Shown here: piece by piece, positions 11,901 to 26,900 of the stretch
Position numbering within the stretch: the first letter of the stretch is position 1
Layout of the letters: every line of letters begins with the position of its first letter
Assembly: GCF_031769215.1 (NCBI RefSeq)
Contig: NW_026781982.1
Span: forward strand, 1,364,001-1,428,000
DNA: 64,000 bases
From: Ylistrum balloti
Taxonomy: Eukaryota
Direction of reading: 5' to 3'
The notes under the pieces: model-generated
Databases searched by the model: none
Seen by the model: the letters and a program-made list of their open reading frames with translations, nothing else
Told to the model about the DNA's origin: nothing
Made by a program: the position numbers and the translations under genes

Positions 11901-14900
11901 GTATATATCAGCCAAACTACATTGTACAAGTCTTCATCAAGGGAAGATTTAGCTACACTTTAAGTTTGTCTAATCTAATTATGACAGATGTTTAAGAAAA
12001 CAAAGATTTTGTAGTAAACCTAATGTAGTATGTACAGCAGGACCATCTTATCAATGATTAACTTCACATCATACCATTGTATTACAATGTACTTACCTAA
12101 CCCATGTCTATGTGTTGACATCGGGGGCATGAGACTCCAGGACTTTTTCTTGGTGTCGTAACACTCAACAGTATTAAGGGTTTTTAGGCCGTCCCGACCT
12201 CCCACAATGTAAAGTTTATCTTCAATGACAGCCACTCCAAACTGGAGCCGACGACCACTCATGTTGGCTACTTGTGTCCAGTTGTTGGTCCGTAGGTCAT
12301 ATTTTTCTATTGTAGTTGCACCTAAAAACAATGAATTAAAGCGATGCTGTTAGACTGTGATCTGAACCAAGCAGTAGCTGTCATTTAGTACAGTTATCAT
12401 AACATTATGCCTAATTGCATGCTCTGCCATAATGTTTGTTTCACCAATCCTAACTTTGTGTCCATCCTGACTGTTTTTCCTAACATGGTTTTTGCAACCA
12501 TTTGAACGGTATGCCCTTATATGGCCTTAGCAATCATCCTATTTGTATGTCCTTATATGGTCTTTGCAACCCTTCAAACAGTATGCCCTTATATGGCCTT
12601 AGCAACCATCCTAACTGTATGTCCTTATTTGGTCTTTTGAACCATAGAATCATTCTTTATATACAAAGCTTTTGTATGAATTTTCCCTATAGTCCTAATT
12701 GTTTACCCTGTATGTCTGTATAATCCTATCCTATAACCCTAATTGTTTAACCTGTATGTCTGTATAATCCTATCCTATAACCCTAATTGTTTACCCTGTA
12801 TGTCTGTATAATCCTATTTGATTCCCTTTATTGATATTGATCATGGTCTCCATTTTGATTCCAATCTCACTGACATGTACATGAGAAGAAGAAACAGGTA
12901 AAAGTAATGACAACGCTCCCCCTAGTATCCTGATATACTCTGATACAATGTACAAATATCACTCCCTTTCCCTGTCCAGTACCTTTGTATTTCTCCTCTC
13001 TAGTTTGCTATCTGACACTGCAGGTGTTAGACCAGGAGGTCTGAACCATTTTTGATTAAAATTCACCAATTTTAACTCTTTCTCCACAACCTCTAGTCAA
13101 TAATTGAAGTAGGAGATGCTGTTTGTATAATTGGTGTTCGTGATAACATGAAATGGTGTTAAAACATTCATTATGTTAGGAAACAATCATTTTCTTTGTT
13201 AAGGAAGTGACTCTAGAATAACACATTTATCTCCAATTTGATAAGTTACAGACAAGTACTAAGTACGAAACATCAGTAAAATGAGGTCAAGAACACTGTC
13301 AATTATCTGTGTCTGATGTTCTTATGCTAACTTAATATACACATGTCTCTGACCTGCTCAAGTATTTTCAGAAAATTCATGAAAATTTAAAGAGTAGAAA
13401 CTATTTATCAACAAAATCAATTTTCGTGCTGTATAATGTGCATTTATTATCATTATAACACATTATCAAGATCCATTCTCAATATTGGGAAAATGTCAAA
13501 TTTCAAATACTGTTATAAAAAACAGAGCCCTTTTAAGATATTACAATAATAAACAAAGTGTTTCCATTTTTAAGACAAAAGATATTGTTTCTTTCATTCA
13601 AACAAAATTAAGAAAAAAAACCCTTGAGAGAGTTCAACACTTTAGAAACCACTCTCCTACAAAATCAATAACACTACGTCCCACAATTTTCTATAGAATC
13701 AATACATCAAGGTATGTCTGCCTCTAATTGAGTGTTAATTTCCTGTCGAGACAGAATGCTAGTCGATTATAACTGCCATCAATGTAGTGGTTATACTATA
13801 GCGATTTCTACCACGTCCCCACCTATCTACTTGTACAATACACTTCACCTTATAGGGATATGTACCCAGGTTCTGCCCTTAACTGACAAAAACAAGAATA
13901 ATTTAATCTGTTATCTCTGGAAAATTCAAAGACAGCCTGCCAATTAATTTCTTTTCAAACTCACTAGTCTGACAATTTTATAGACAGAAGAATCCATGTA
14001 ATTATCCAGAAAATAAAAAGCAGTGTCCCCAGAGGCTACGATAAAATTTTATCGAGCTAAAGCAGGGAAGGTTAGGTCCCAGTTGGTATTCTCTGATCCC
14101 TCATAACAGAGAGTCAGGTAAGATGATGGTTAAATGATAAAGGTCAATCGCTCAAAGGCTGTCTCAGCCTCATCAAGCATTAAAACATCTGTCCCTGAAA
14201 AAACATTTTCCAGTAAAGGCTACACGCTGCCTTACACAATTTCACTAGAAATTCATGTTTCTTATTGCTTAAGGCTATATGCTACCTTACACAATTTCAC
14301 CACAAAATCATGTTTCCGATTGCTTATGGCTATACACTGCATTACACAATTTCATCACAAATTCATGTTTCCAAATGCTTATGGCTGTATGCTACCTTAC
14401 ACAATTTCACCACTAATTCATGTTTCCTATTGCTTAAGTCTATACACTGCCTTACACAATTTCTTCACAAATTCATGTTTCCTATTGCTTAAGGCTATAT
14501 GATACCTTACACAATTTCATCACAAATTCATGTTTCTTATTGCTTAAGGCTAAATGCTTCCTTACACAATTTCACCACAAATTCATGTTTCCGATTGCTT
14601 ATGGCTGTACACTGCCTTACACAATTTCATCACAAATGCATGTTTCCAAATGCTTATGGCTGTATGCTACCTTACACAATTTCACCTCTAATTCACGTTT
14701 CCTATTGCTTAAGGCTAAACACTGCCTTACACAATTTCTTCACAAATTCATGTTTCCTATTGCTTAAGGCTATATGCTACCTTACACAATTTCATCACTA
14801 ATTCATGTTTCTTATTGCTTAAGGCTATATGCTACCTTACACAATTTCATCACTAATTCATGTTTCTTATTGCTTAAGGCTAAATGCTACCTTACACAAT

Positions 14901-17900
14901 TTCATCACAAATTCATGTTTCTTATTGCTTAAGGCTAAATGCTACCTTACACAATTTCACCACAAATTCATGTTTCCGATTGCTTAAGGCTGTACACTGC
15001 CTTACACAATTTCATCACAAATGCATGTTTCCAAATGTTTATGGCTGTATACTACCTTACACAATTTCACCACTAATTCATGTTTCCTATTGCTTAAGGC
15101 TAAACACTGCCTTACACAATTTCTTCACAAATTCATGTTTCTTATTGCTTAAGGCTACACGCTACCTTACACAATTTCACTAGAAATCCATGTTTCCAAT
15201 TGCGTAAGGCTATATGCTACCTTACACAATTTCACCACAAATTCGTGTTTCCGATTGCTTAAGGCTGTATGCTACCTTACACAATTTCATTACAAAGTCA
15301 TGTTTCCAACTGATTAAGGCTTTATGCTACCTTAAAAACTTTCACCATTTGTTTTTGCCTTGTAAGTAATTTTATACATAAATTAAGAATAATCTATATA
15401 TGTGTAATGTATATGTATGTCTCCCAAGTAACTTAATGAACTGCAATTCATTAAAGATGGTATCAAGTTTTTATAGTAACAAATTATTTTCGGAAGGTGA
15501 AGCATCATATTAGCACAAAAAGTTGGTGAAAAATCATGTATCATAAAACAAGACAAATTGAAACATCATTTATAGATGAGCTAGAGAAATAATTTGCATA
15601 CCACCACTCTCCTCAAATGTTCAGACTAATACTCAGAAATAGGAATAGCACACACCTGCTAATGACAATAGCCCATTTCATGACATCACTGGACACAAAT
15701 TACCTTTTTCAACCCAAATAAAATTATATGTTTCTATAAAAGCCACTGCTTTGAAAATTAAAATAAACAAAGAAGCGAATGTTTCTGCAGTAACCATATT
15801 GCCTTTCCTGTCCCTGACTGAGTTAAAACTGATGATTGTGTGTGTAGCTAATGACAAGTCAAGGTGACAGACACATAAACCTGTAAACAGACAAAATTAT
15901 TTTGTCTTACAAACAGCATCCAACTCCCCTACACCTCTCCACCCACACACCACTTTTATACATCGTAAACTTGAGTTTGTAGCATTCCGTATTGATTCTA
16001 TAAATTTTTCATGTTGGAAGGCAATGTAGTGTCAGGAGGATTATGAGACTGTGAGTTCTGCATTTAGTATCACAGTGTTGATCTCTAGGTCACAGATGAC
16101 ACCAACTTATTAATACAGAATTCTTCAGGTCTGATTAATTAATCACAATTGAAACCTGTCTGAACTAGCACACAAACACTACAGACATCATGCACTGAAA
16201 AGAGAGTTTTACAGATACCATAGATATCAACACCACAGCAACTGGTTCCTGAATAGACAGGTTTACATATAACACAGGTACCAACACCTCAACAACTGGT
16301 TCCTGAATAGACAGGTTTACATATAACACAGGTACCAACACCTCAACAACTGGTTCCTGAATAGACAGGTTTACATATAACACAGGTACCAACACCTCAA
16401 CAACTGGTTCCTGAATAGACAGGTTTACATATAACACAGGTACCAACACCTCAACAACTGGTTCCTGAATAGACAGGTTTACATATAACACAGGTACCAA
16501 CACCTCAGCAACTGGTTCCTGAATAGACAGGTTTACATATAATACAGGTACCAACACCTCAACAACTGGTTCCTGAATAGACAGGTTTACATATAACACA
16601 GGTATCAACACCTCAACAAGTGGTTCCTGAATAGACAGGTTTACATATAACACAGGTATCAACACCTCAACAAGTGGTTCCTGAATAGACAGGTTTACAT
16701 ATAACACAGGTATCAACACCACAGCAACTGGTTCTTGAATAGACAGGTTTACATATAACACAGGTATCAACACCACAGCAACTAGTTCTTGAATAGACAG
16801 GTTTACATATAACACAGGTATCAACACCTCAACAAGTGGTTCCTGAATAGACAGGTTTACATATAACACAGGTATCAACACCACAGCAACTGGTTCTTGA
16901 ATAGACAGGTTTACATATAACACAGGTATCAACACCACAGCAACTGGTTCTTGAATAGACTGGTGTAACACTGGTTCCCACTGGTGTCACACTGGTTCCC
17001 ACTGGTGTAACACTGGTTACCACTGGTGTAACCCTGGTTCCCACTGGTGTAACACTGGTCCCCACCTAACACTGGTTACATGACGGTAATGTAACACTGG
17101 TTCCCACTGGTGTAACACAGGTGGTCTTTTTAAAGATTAAATAACTGATATTGTTTTATCTATTCAAGCTATTTTAAAACTGAACTTTCGAGGCCTAGCC
17201 TTTGGGACGTCTTTTTGTTACAGTATAATCTTGCACCAATGAAATGGTAAGTTCATTGTTAATTAACTCTGAGTCAAAAGAAGTACACTGGTATGCTGAG
17301 AATGTTCTAAATCATATCTTAGACATTCTGGTTTTTACAATCACCAATATAATTAGTTTGTTTGAATTGTAACACATTATCCATGGAACCACTCACTTAG
17401 AAGCAAAACTCTTCCCTCATAGGTCCTAAGAAATCTCAAATTTCCCAAGTCAATATTTTTATTATATACAAACAATTCACACATGTACTTTTAAATCCTT
17501 GTAATTACTACACATGCCAATGACTTTGTGAAATAGGTTGATTCATTGTTAACAATCTCAAGTTGGTTTTTGTTTCTTAAACATCTACATGACTGTAATT
17601 CTTGGAGAAGTAGCCAGCTGTTTTTGGCCCTGCTTTCACTTTAGATTTTTCCCTGGCACACAGTCATTGCTTCCTTTTAACATTCAAATGGTGCCATCAA
17701 TTGGCCATTGTTTTTCTAGGCGCCTGCAGACAAGCTTCCAAAAATTATTGGAAAGCAAAATTAAATTCTCTATGCCTGCTGTTTTTCATTGTGTCAGTGT
17801 AATCGCTGGTTCAATTTGCCTACAGTGGTACTTCAAGAAGCTTGGCAGACTTCTCGTATAGAAAAATGGTCCGTTGTGTAAATGTAACGTTGGAACATTG

Positions 17901-20900
17901 TTTTTTAGAAATATTTGATCTGCTGAAGACCAACAAAACATCTACAGTTTTAAAGCTGTTGCTAATGTAATGAAATGAACAATGTTTTCAGACATGCCAG
18001 TACACATTCCATTCTTAAAAACTTCGGTTTTTTATTAAGCTGCTACAATGTCAAAGATCTGGATGCTTGTGTTGATAGTCTTGAATTTGGAGGGAGCAAG
18101 GAGTAACCAGTCATATGATCATGGTGACCTGACACCTTTCACCACAGATCTGAGTATTAATCTCCAGCTGTCTTGGTTTAAGTTGAAATATTGTCAAAGA
18201 AAGTCTGATCTAAATCTGTTATGAAATGAAGTTGCTGGAGAAATAATATAACAGACAATATCATGGGCCTTCTATAAAATCATGGGCCTCCTATAATATC
18301 ATGGGCCTCCTATAATATCACGGGCCTCCTATAAAATCACGGGCCTCCTATAAAATCACAGGCCTCCTATAATATCATGGGACTCCTATAATATCATGGG
18401 CCTCCTAAAAAATCATGGGCCTCCTATATAATCATGGACCTCCTATAAAATCATGGACCTCCTATAAAATCATGGACCTCCTATAATATCATGGGCCTCC
18501 TATATAATCATGGGCCTCCTATAATATCATGGGCCTCCTATAAAATCATGGGCCTCCTATATAATCATGGGCCTCCTATAAAATCATGGGCCTACTATAA
18601 AATCATGGGCCTCCTATAATATCATGGACCTCCTATAATATCATGGGCCTCCTATAATATCATGGGCCTCCTATAAAATCATGGACCTCCTATAATATCA
18701 TGGGCCTCCTATAATATCATGGGCCTCCTATAATATCATGGCGCATAAAAAATCAGTTTCATGTTACTCCTGTTGACTCGGATGATGGACATCCATCATT
18801 TAATAAAGTAAATTAGTTTTTCAACTGTGAAACATTACCTTTTGTACAGTCCATCCCTCCAACTGCGTACAGAACACCAACAGTAGACTTTCTGGGTTTG
18901 GTACGTGGACTCTGGAATGATGAGCGTCTCTCAGGAAGGAGGTGGTATTTGAGTGCCTCCATAATGAGGTATTGACACTCCTTGTCCTCGCGGAATAAGG
19001 CGTTTGTCTCCACATGGTCGGCGATGAACTGTATCCATATCAACACATTGAAATCAATGACTAACGACTATCAAAGAAGTGTACTAAAGATACCAGATAG
19101 TATCCTTCAACATAGACTGAATATAAGTAGAAAATAATATAACTATATCATCGAGCTCTTTTCTCCATTCCAGAATATGTTAATGACCCTAAGGGCCAAC
19201 AATGCTGAAGCTCAGAAGACAGGTGCGGAGAGTCAAAACTGAGACATCCTAAGAAAAATCAATTCAGTTCTTTTATTGTGATTTTACAGAAATTATTAAA
19301 CTGATAGAATCTGCAATCATTCATCATTTTCTGAAACTTATTCCCAAAGAATTTCAGAATGCAACAATTTTTAGACTCTCAAATATGATAGCATGACCAA
19401 ATTGTTGATAAAGTTTTTCTAACATATTTCAAAATTGCTGCCCCACAATCCCTTCGTAATGGTCAGGAGACAACAGTAGACTTAACTTTTACAACTGTAC
19501 AGATTCCTTAGTACTTTGATGAACAAGTAAAATGTTTGTATAAAGTTTACCTGAGGAGACATTAGTGGAAGACGAATATGAGACAGGAGTTTGGATAGAA
19601 CCTTCTTTCTATTGGCCATATCATGTTTTGCCCACATAATGAGTGACTGGAAGATGGTCTCTTCATCGGGAACGTTTAAGTCATCATTTGACAACAGACG
19701 ACAAACTTCTTCTGCGGGCAGGATCAGAAATTCCTGGTTCTGCATCACATGTACAAAGTTGTCCTGGAAAAAAGAGGTCAAAGTTCAATCAATTATATTT
19801 TATCAATTTCAATGTTAATCATTAAATCCTATCAAGCATTCATGTATACCATCAATGTGACAACCATTCAAGTTATTCTGTTGGAAGCCCCAAGGAGTTA
19901 GCTCCATACGGATTAGCTCCATCTAGTTTGTGTAATAATCTATGTCCTCATCAATAGGATATCTTACATGTAGATTGACAAAACAAGATGGAGTCAATGT
20001 TAGTTCAGAGTGAGTCGGTTGATAAGTGGGGCGCTGTAAGTTTGGTGTGGACATGAAAGAAATGTAGGGCGATAAAATCAAATTTTACAATTAATCCATG
20101 TAAGTGTCAGTCACAACAAACACCAAGCACCACCAGTAAGTGTCAGTCACAACAAACACCAAGCACCACCAGTAAGTGTCAGTCACAACAAACACCAAGC
20201 ACCACCAGTAAGTGTCAGTCACAACAAACACCAAGCATCACCAGTAAGTGTCAGTCACAACAAACACCAAGCACCACCAGTAAGTGTCAGTCACAACAAA
20301 CACAAGCACACCAAGCACCACCAGTAAGTGTCAGTCACAACAAACACCAAGCACCACCAGTAAGTGTCAGTCACAACAAACACCAAGCACCACCAGTAAG
20401 TGTCAGTCACAACAAACACCAAGCACCACCAGTAAGTGTCAGTCACAACAAACACCTAGCACCACCAGTAAGTGTCAGTCACAACAAACACCAAGCACCA
20501 CCAGTAAGTGTCAGTCACAACAAACACCAAGCACCACCAGTAAGTGTCAGTCACAACAAACACCAAGCACCACCAGTAAGTGTCAGTCACAACAAACACC
20601 AAGCACCACCAGTAAGTGTCAGTCACAACAAACACCAAGCACCACCAGTAAGTGTCAGTCACAACAAACACCAAGCACCACCAGTAAGTGTCAGTCACAA
20701 CAAACACCAAGCATCACAGTCACAACAAACACCAAGCATCACCAGTAAGTGTCAGTCACAACAAACACCAAGCACCACCAGTAAGTGTCAGTCACAACAA
20801 ACACCAAGCACCACCAGTAAGTGTCAGTCACAACAAACACCAAGCACCACCAGTAAGTGTCAGTCACAACAAACACCAAGCACCACCAGTAAGTGGATTA

Positions 20901-23900
20901 TCTATTGACCAATTCCTGTCTTGGTGCTCGGATGAAAGATGTTTTCCTGTTCTTTTACCTTGGTAACTTATTATATTTAAAATTATAAATAATATGTTTT
21001 ACTGCATAGCGTACAAAAAGTCAGACCCACAGCAACATAACATGATAATTATGTGACACTCGAGCATCAGAACATCTACACATACATGTATAATTAGTTT
21101 TATCAACTGGCAACAATAAAACAAACTTTTATCTAATGACACAAATAACTTATAGCACTTTTCTTATTGTTGAAAAATTTGAAGTAAAAATAATGTGAAG
21201 GTAATTTGGAAACTGGTATACAGAAACATTATATAAAAGGAGACCTGCTATAACACCCAACAATCCAGGCAGTATCAGTGAGCTTTGTTCTCAGACACAG
21301 TACAACAGTATATACCACAGGTAACAGTGAAGGTCAATATGGCTCTCTTATCTGATTCCTAAGGACTGACATCAGTTAGAAGTGTGAGGCTGTGTTGTAT
21401 CATTACTATAAGCTGTTCCAGAATGTGTGGGAATGTTTATGATCTTTTTAAGGAGCTATAAAAACTCTTCTGGTTTGGTTTATATGTGCTATTTATATAA
21501 ACAGGTTGTTTGACACACAAGTCATATACATGTACTAGGACCATACGCACATCAGCACCAAACACTCTAAATAAAGCATATTTCATTACCTTATAGAATT
21601 TACAACACAACAGAGCAAAAACCTCGCAAATAAATAGCATTATGTTTCATATAGATTCAAGTCTTAAAGTAAAAGTCCTTTCCCCTTTCCTTGCCAGTTT
21701 TTGGTAAGGAACAATATTTGACTGTAATAGATAACAGACCTACACAATTCCCCCATTTTCTCCTCGTCTTCCTCCCCCCACCCTCTCCACCTCCTCTCCT
21801 CCAGTTTTTTAATGCAAAGTGGTGTAGGGTAAAATTTTTTTTGATAGCAAAATAAAGTTTATGTGCTCAAAAAAACAATAGATATGAAAGAACAATAGCT
21901 CACATGAGCCTTTAGCTTACTGAGCTAAAAGAGCTATTTTTTATGTTACATGAAAATTTCTATGATATCACATGATAAAGCTTATCTATGTATAGTGGAA
22001 TAAAACCAAAGTTAACAGAAGGAAAGCAATTGTATAAAAACCTATTGTATTGTAGTACTCTGCGTTACAATAAATACAAATGTTTAGATATGAAAACAAA
22101 ACATTTAACCTGTATACATGTACTTGATTTTATAGTTTCTATATCATTAACCATGACACTAAACATAGACTGTAGATCTAAAGGTTACACTCAAGTATTA
22201 AATATTCAGCACAGTGCCCTGCCAGAAGACATATACCAGAAAGAAAACCTTTGTATCTAAGATCTTCCAACTCTTCGACCAAATAAAATTCCACTATCAC
22301 CTTTCTATCTGTATAATACCAACGATAGCTGTAAAGAATTGTCATCATCTAAATTTCTGTCTGAACTGCACTATAAACCCCACAACATATTTTTCTATCA
22401 ATACACACGGGTAAGATACTGTAAAGTTACACAGCCATCTTATTTTGCACTATACCTCTATACTGTGAGAAGCAGATGAACACAACATTCATAATGCTTC
22501 AAGACTTGTGTTAAATTATCTTTAGTCTAAAAATATACAAAGTATAGTTTCCAAATCAGACAAACACCATTTTAAGAAGGCTGATTGCTTCTTATCTACC
22601 TGTAACTGATGAAAGTTGATGAATCTAATAGAAATGTCCACTAATACTAATAAATATACATCTATAATGGCTTGAGAGCTTGCTTCAGGTTTAGATGTCC
22701 TCAGACAATGAAAAAAATCCAAGAAGGCTATATACAGAATAACCACATCTAACCGACGTACAACATCAGTATTAATATATACTTATAGACATGTTTTAAT
22801 CTAATATATCTATCAATAAATTCATAGTAACCATTTATAGTTGTCTAAACATCAATATCTGAGATTAAGATTCGACTTTACACCTACATCTGTGAGATTG
22901 AGGTTTGACTTAGCACCAACATATGTGAGATTGAGGTTTGACTTGGCACCAACATCTGTGAGATTGAGGTATGAATTAGCACCTACATCTGTGAGATTGA
23001 TGTTTGACTTAGCACCTACATCTGAGAGATTGAGGTTTGACTTAGCAGCTACATCTGAGAGATTGAGGTTTGACTTAGCAGCTACATCTGCGAGATTGAG
23101 GTTTGACTTAGCACCTACATCTGAGAGATTGAGGTTTGACTTAGCAGCTACATCTGAGAGATTGAGGTTTGACTTAGCAGCTACATCTGTGAGATTGAGG
23201 TTTGACTTAGCAGCTACATCTGTGAGATTGAGGTTTGACTTAGCAGCTACATCTGAGAAATTGAGGTTTGACTTAGCAGCTACATCTGTGGGATTGAGGT
23301 TTGACTTAGCAGCTACATCTGAGAGATTGAGGTTTGACTTAGCAGCTACATCTGAGAGATTGAGGTTTGACTTAGCAGCTACATCTGTGAGATTGATTGT
23401 CTTAGGTTTGACTTAGCAGCTACATCTGAGAGATTGAGGTTTGACTTAGCAGCTACATCTGTGAGATTGAGGTTTGTCTTAGCATTTACATCTGTGAGAT
23501 TGAGGTTTGTCTTAGCACCTACATCTGAGAGATTGAGGTTTGACTTAGCACCTACATCTGAGAGATTGAGGTTTGACTTAGCAGCTACATCTGAAAGATT
23601 GAGGTTTGACTTAGCAGTTACATCTGTGAGATTGAGGTTTGTCTTAGCAGCTACATCTGAGAGATTGAGGTTTGACTTAGCAGCTACATCTGAGAGATTG
23701 AGGTTTGACTTAGCAGCTACATCTGAGAGATTGAGGTTTGACTTAGCAGTTACATCTGTGAGATTGAGGTTTGTCTTAGCACCTACATCTGAGAGATTGA
23801 GGTTTGACTTAGCACCAACATCTGTGAGATTGAGGTATACTAACCAAACAATAAATGTACTCAAGAGCAATTTTAGAATTCAGAAAAACTCAATGAGGAA

Positions 23901-26900
23901 AGGTTGTTTTTCAGATAATCCGAGTCTCTATTAACACTATACAGATAATGCTACACCAGTTAGTCAGACATCACAAACATTCTCATCGGCAGAGATTCAG
24001 CCATTGGAAACTAAAGGTCAGCCATCAAACTTTTGTACAGAAAACATAAAATCAAATATAAGAGACTTATCAATCCTGATATATCTACAAAACACCAAAG
24101 ATTGGTACCAAGGGAGTTTACTCTGTAATGTTCTCCACAAACAAAGATTGGGTAATACTCTTGTGACATTTTCACACCATCAATAACATATCTGACATTT
24201 TAGGCCACACATCATCAACTGTGTTGGCAGTAATCAATGGTTGTAGTCTGGTGGCAGTATTAACGCCTGCCAGAACTGAGCCTTGGGACGCTTTATATAC
24301 TATCATCCCCTTGAGTGTGCTATACCAGCAAACAAAGCGTGTCTCGTCAGATATCAGACAAGTCCACTTGGTTGGCTCTAGAGTCTCTGATTGTGAATGA
24401 ACAAAGTACATGTCTCTTCAGATATCCTATAGGTTTACTTGACTGGTTATGTGACCTCTACATTGTCAGGCAAAAGGTTTGTTTCATCTGATACCAAACT
24501 GCAGGTCTATTTCTGATCAGATGGTTCTAACCCCCATCCTGAAATGATAGGTCAGTGAAGCATAAGCCTTGTCTTTAATATAACATTCAACACTACAGTA
24601 ACTATCTAGTCACACTAGAATCCATTGAGATAGCTTTGAAATCTGGTTTTAGCTTACCATGTAATCATGTCTATTCAAACCACTCTTGATAGTTAACCAT
24701 AACTCATCAATGGCAACAGAAGATATTTGTGCAGATAATAGCGTTTTTGTCTATCTTTCAAACAATAAATTCTTAAGTCTATTTGAGATCAAAAGACAAA
24801 CTTTATAGTGCTATCTCACTGAAATGTTATGTTAGACACTACACCCGTTGACAAGATTTCAGAAACTGCTGGATGATACAAGGTTTGTCTTTTTTTTCAA
24901 ACAATGAGAGATAAACTTTGGAATGTTATTGCACCAACATGTCATCCCTCTTGCAAACCACAATAGCCCACAAAATATACTTGTTCATACAAGAGGCATA
25001 GTAGCCTTGACAGTCACCCGAGATAAGCAATATTGAATATAAAGGTTAAACGATAGTCATCAAGTTTTCTATGAAAATTACAGGAAAGTCTTGAAAAAAT
25101 GTCAACCAGGATCAATATGGGCATACCATCAAGCCGTCATCCTTCACTCATAACTCTAACCAAGTTTGAAATATTTCCAATGGATATAAAACAAATTATG
25201 TTAAAAATTTATTTTTCCTATATTAACTATAGTAAATTTTACTCGCTCCCCATGGGGCAATGTGAGACCCTGGGGCCATGACAGTTTTGGTAAAGCACCT
25301 TAAGATGCTTCTATTCATGAAGATTATTTGATTCTACCATGTCTGAGTGTTGAAAAGAAGAATTTTAAATCTGAGTCAATTTGACCACTTTTGGCCTTGT
25401 CCCTCAGGCCTCTGTTGGGTTAGGACTGTATCATTCACAGTTTAGTTCGTCTAAGGCCAGGGAAGGTTTCTAGAAAATTTCATTGAAATCAGATCAGGGG
25501 TTTTTAAGAAGTCGAAAATGTTTAATTCTTTGTGGACGCAAGCGGCACTACACACGACGCCTGATGAGGGTGATTGCAATAGTTCACCATGAGACTTTGT
25601 CTCAGGTGACCTAAAAATCCTGAAACCATTTGTATGAAAACGAAGGTTATTAACAGTCTTTTAATGTTTGGAAGTGACTCTAATGCATTTTTATGATACA
25701 ACCCAATGTAGAATTCTGAAGGGCAAAAAAAAAGAAATCAATTTTTTTGCAAATTAGTTGGACTTCCTTCCTGACAATCTTTTTCTGTAAGAAAACACTC
25801 CAGAAAATTTCCTGGACTATACAATTTTGAAATCTGAAGCTCCTCAGTTTTTCTGAAAGCACCAGAACTTGCAATAGTATGGATGACTTACCATGACGTA
25901 GTTGTTGGCAACTTTGTAAAGGTCTGTACAGCCCTGAGCGTCAGCAAATTGTCTGATCCCGATACAGTTAGAGGGGTGGAGCTGTTTCATGAGGAAGTTA
26001 CAGCAGGCCTCCACAACCTCTGACAGCTGAAGTAAACAGGAAGTGGATAGCAGATTCTCCACTGTATCCTCTTGAAGTGATATGTTACCTACAAAAGATT
26101 TGTACAAAGAACTTCATTATCAAAGGAAACTATAATTATCCACAGTTTTGAAATGTCAAATATATATAAATTGTAATTTTTGGAGCTCAGGTATTTGAAT
26201 CCTGGATTCCTGCTTATCTGGTGGGTTCACTCAAATTTTGAGAATCTATTATATATCTCAGTAACGAGATTCATTAAAATTTCAATTATTCTGGTCTCAT
26301 TAGAAAAATCCTATAAAAACTGATATTTCCTTTTTCAAATCAACTTTGAAAACACTAAAAGGAAATGTGTATTTGTGTAGTTTGAAATAGCATTGAAAAA
26401 CCCCTTTCACAAATTATCATTTATACTTAATTACACTTGAAGTATAAAAAATTCTTTTTGCACAAAATTAGTTTAAAAATATCCTAGATTGACACTAAGG
26501 ACCAACCATTGAGACAGAATAACAGGAAGTATGAATGTATTAAGCATGAGTTAACGACAAGTACTGTGCTATCTGTCCAGTTTTAACATGGATTTGAATA
26601 CATTTGTCTCTGACACACATATCACCAATGTCTGGATGACATGCGATAAAACAAATCTCCTGAAAATGATTTTTCTTTTTGACCTGACTTCTTTATCACA
26701 ATATCAGAAAAAAATCACAATGTAGAAATTTCATATCAAAAATTCAATGGCCATGATTGTTTTATTTCATAAAATTTTGCCATCACCTTAAAAGAAAAAT
26801 TATTTCTCACATATAAGCCATCAAAATTGCCATCTTAAAATTTGTCCACAGAAAATAAAGGTCATTTCTTTGTGGGGGAGGGGGTTCATTACCAAAATCC

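Noticed and set aside
20098-20895. Perfect GTAAGT donor in every 36-bp unit
   Set aside because: It is on the plus strand, antisense to the host gene, with no evidence of a plus-strand transcript there.
14134-23934. Periodic ORFs over the 55-, 54-, 36- and 33-bp arrays (mucin- or LRR-like appearance)
   Set aside because: Direct translations of tandem repeats, open in several frames, located in introns.
24172-24560. ORF with SDETRF resembling the first Asp of a Tc1/mariner DDE transposase
   Set aside because: No downstream QDNA-like or E motifs in any frame that I read, and no TIRs. At most an unclassifiable decayed repeat.
25561-25600. CTGATGA followed by a stem, possible hammerhead
   Set aside because: No GAAA box after the stem. 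The hairpin belongs to the HINE 3' terminus.
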